Source of the DNA: Gemmatimonadota bacterium
GTDB taxonomy: Bacteria > Latescibacterota > UBA2968 > UBA8231
DNA length: 25,459 nt
Direction of reading: 5' to 3'
Assembly: GCA_038128265.1 (NCBI GenBank)
Contig: JAYPJE010000054.1
Span: 1 to 25,459, forward strand
Each line of letters starts with the position of its first letter. The stretch's first letter is position 1. The position numbers and the translations under genes were made by a program. Under the pieces are notes generated by a model that saw nothing but the letters and a program-made list of their open reading frames with translations, was not told the DNA's origin and did not search any database. Positions 25,153 through 25,459 of the stretch are shown piece after piece.

Positions 25153-25458
25153 CTATACGGGTTGGACGATGGATAGCGGCGCTTCGCCGCGCAGGGCGCG
25201 TGCGGCGTTGGCTGCTACATGGGCCGAGCCATGAATACCCGATTCGATGGCTCGGGCGGCGTAGTGCGGCGTGATGGCGACGTTGGCCATTTGTAGGAGC
25301 GGATTGTCCGGAGCAATGGGCTCGGACTCCGTCACATCTAAACCGGCGCCGGCAAGCTGGCCGCTTTGCAGCGCTGCAATGAGGGCCTCTTCGTCGACGA
25401 CGCCTCCGCGGCAGGTGTTGATAAAGAGCGCCTTCGGGTGCATTAGGGCGAACTCGCG
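25153..25458 (-). CDS. D-isomer-specific 2-hydroxyacid dehydrogenase, C-terminal part (5'-partial)
   Basis: FINTCRGGVVDEEALIAAL, AGAGLDVTESEP, ITPHYA (Arg/Glu/His catalytic set). Frame is open to the window edge. Confidence 0.9.
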   Translation of the reverse strand, partial: REFALMHPKALFINTCRGGVVDEEALIAALQSGQLAGAGLDVTESEPIAPDNPLLQMANVAITPHYAARAIESGIHGSAHVAANAARALRGEAPLSIVQPV

Positions 25459-25459
25459 C

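Noticed and set aside
1..25459. TGA reassigned to an amino acid
   Set aside because: All genes translate intact under the standard code and none needs TGA read-through; only avoidance is supported.
1..25459. CRISPR arrays, tRNA/rRNA, IS elements, prophage or anti-phage defence genes
   Set aside because: No periodic repeats, RNA-gene signatures, transposase/integrase motifs or defence domains seen; intergenic gaps are all about 250 nt or shorter.

Overview
GC-rich bacterial window (roughly 60-65% GC, by eye) with 22 supportable protein-coding genes, two truncated by the window edges, plus one candidate small upstream ORF. I found no rRNA, tRNA, CRISPR array, transposase or integrase. Most genes are catabolic or 'accessory metabolism' types: a sulfatase / Zn-dehydrogenase / KduD-like SDR / Gfo-Idh-MocA operon, a second Gfo/Idh/MocA, a PhyH dioxygenase, two xylose-isomerase-like TIM barrels, a GH113-like glycosidase, an aldo/keto reductase, a DMT transporter, a DUF3604 protein, a DUF6785/6784-type polytopic membrane protein, an Eis-like GNAT, a CBM9-like protein and a D-2-hydroxyacid dehydrogenase. 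This repertoire resembles heterotrophic lineages such as Latescibacterota or Poribacteria (inference only). Most unusual observations: (1) a seamless M28/DUF4910 peptidase-like + winged helix + AAC(3)-family acetyltransferase fusion; (2) none of the 22 genes ends in TGA (14 TAG, 8 TAA) despite high GC; (3) a 31-codon ORF between a near-consensus sigma70 promoter and the sulfatase, coupled to it by an ATGA overlap; (4) two enzymes with altered catalytic motifs (a C45/Ntn-like protein and a TIM-barrel epimerase); (5) two lower-GC single-gene inserts (orphan cheV, TPR-S41 peptidase). All family calls come from motif recognition, not database searches.
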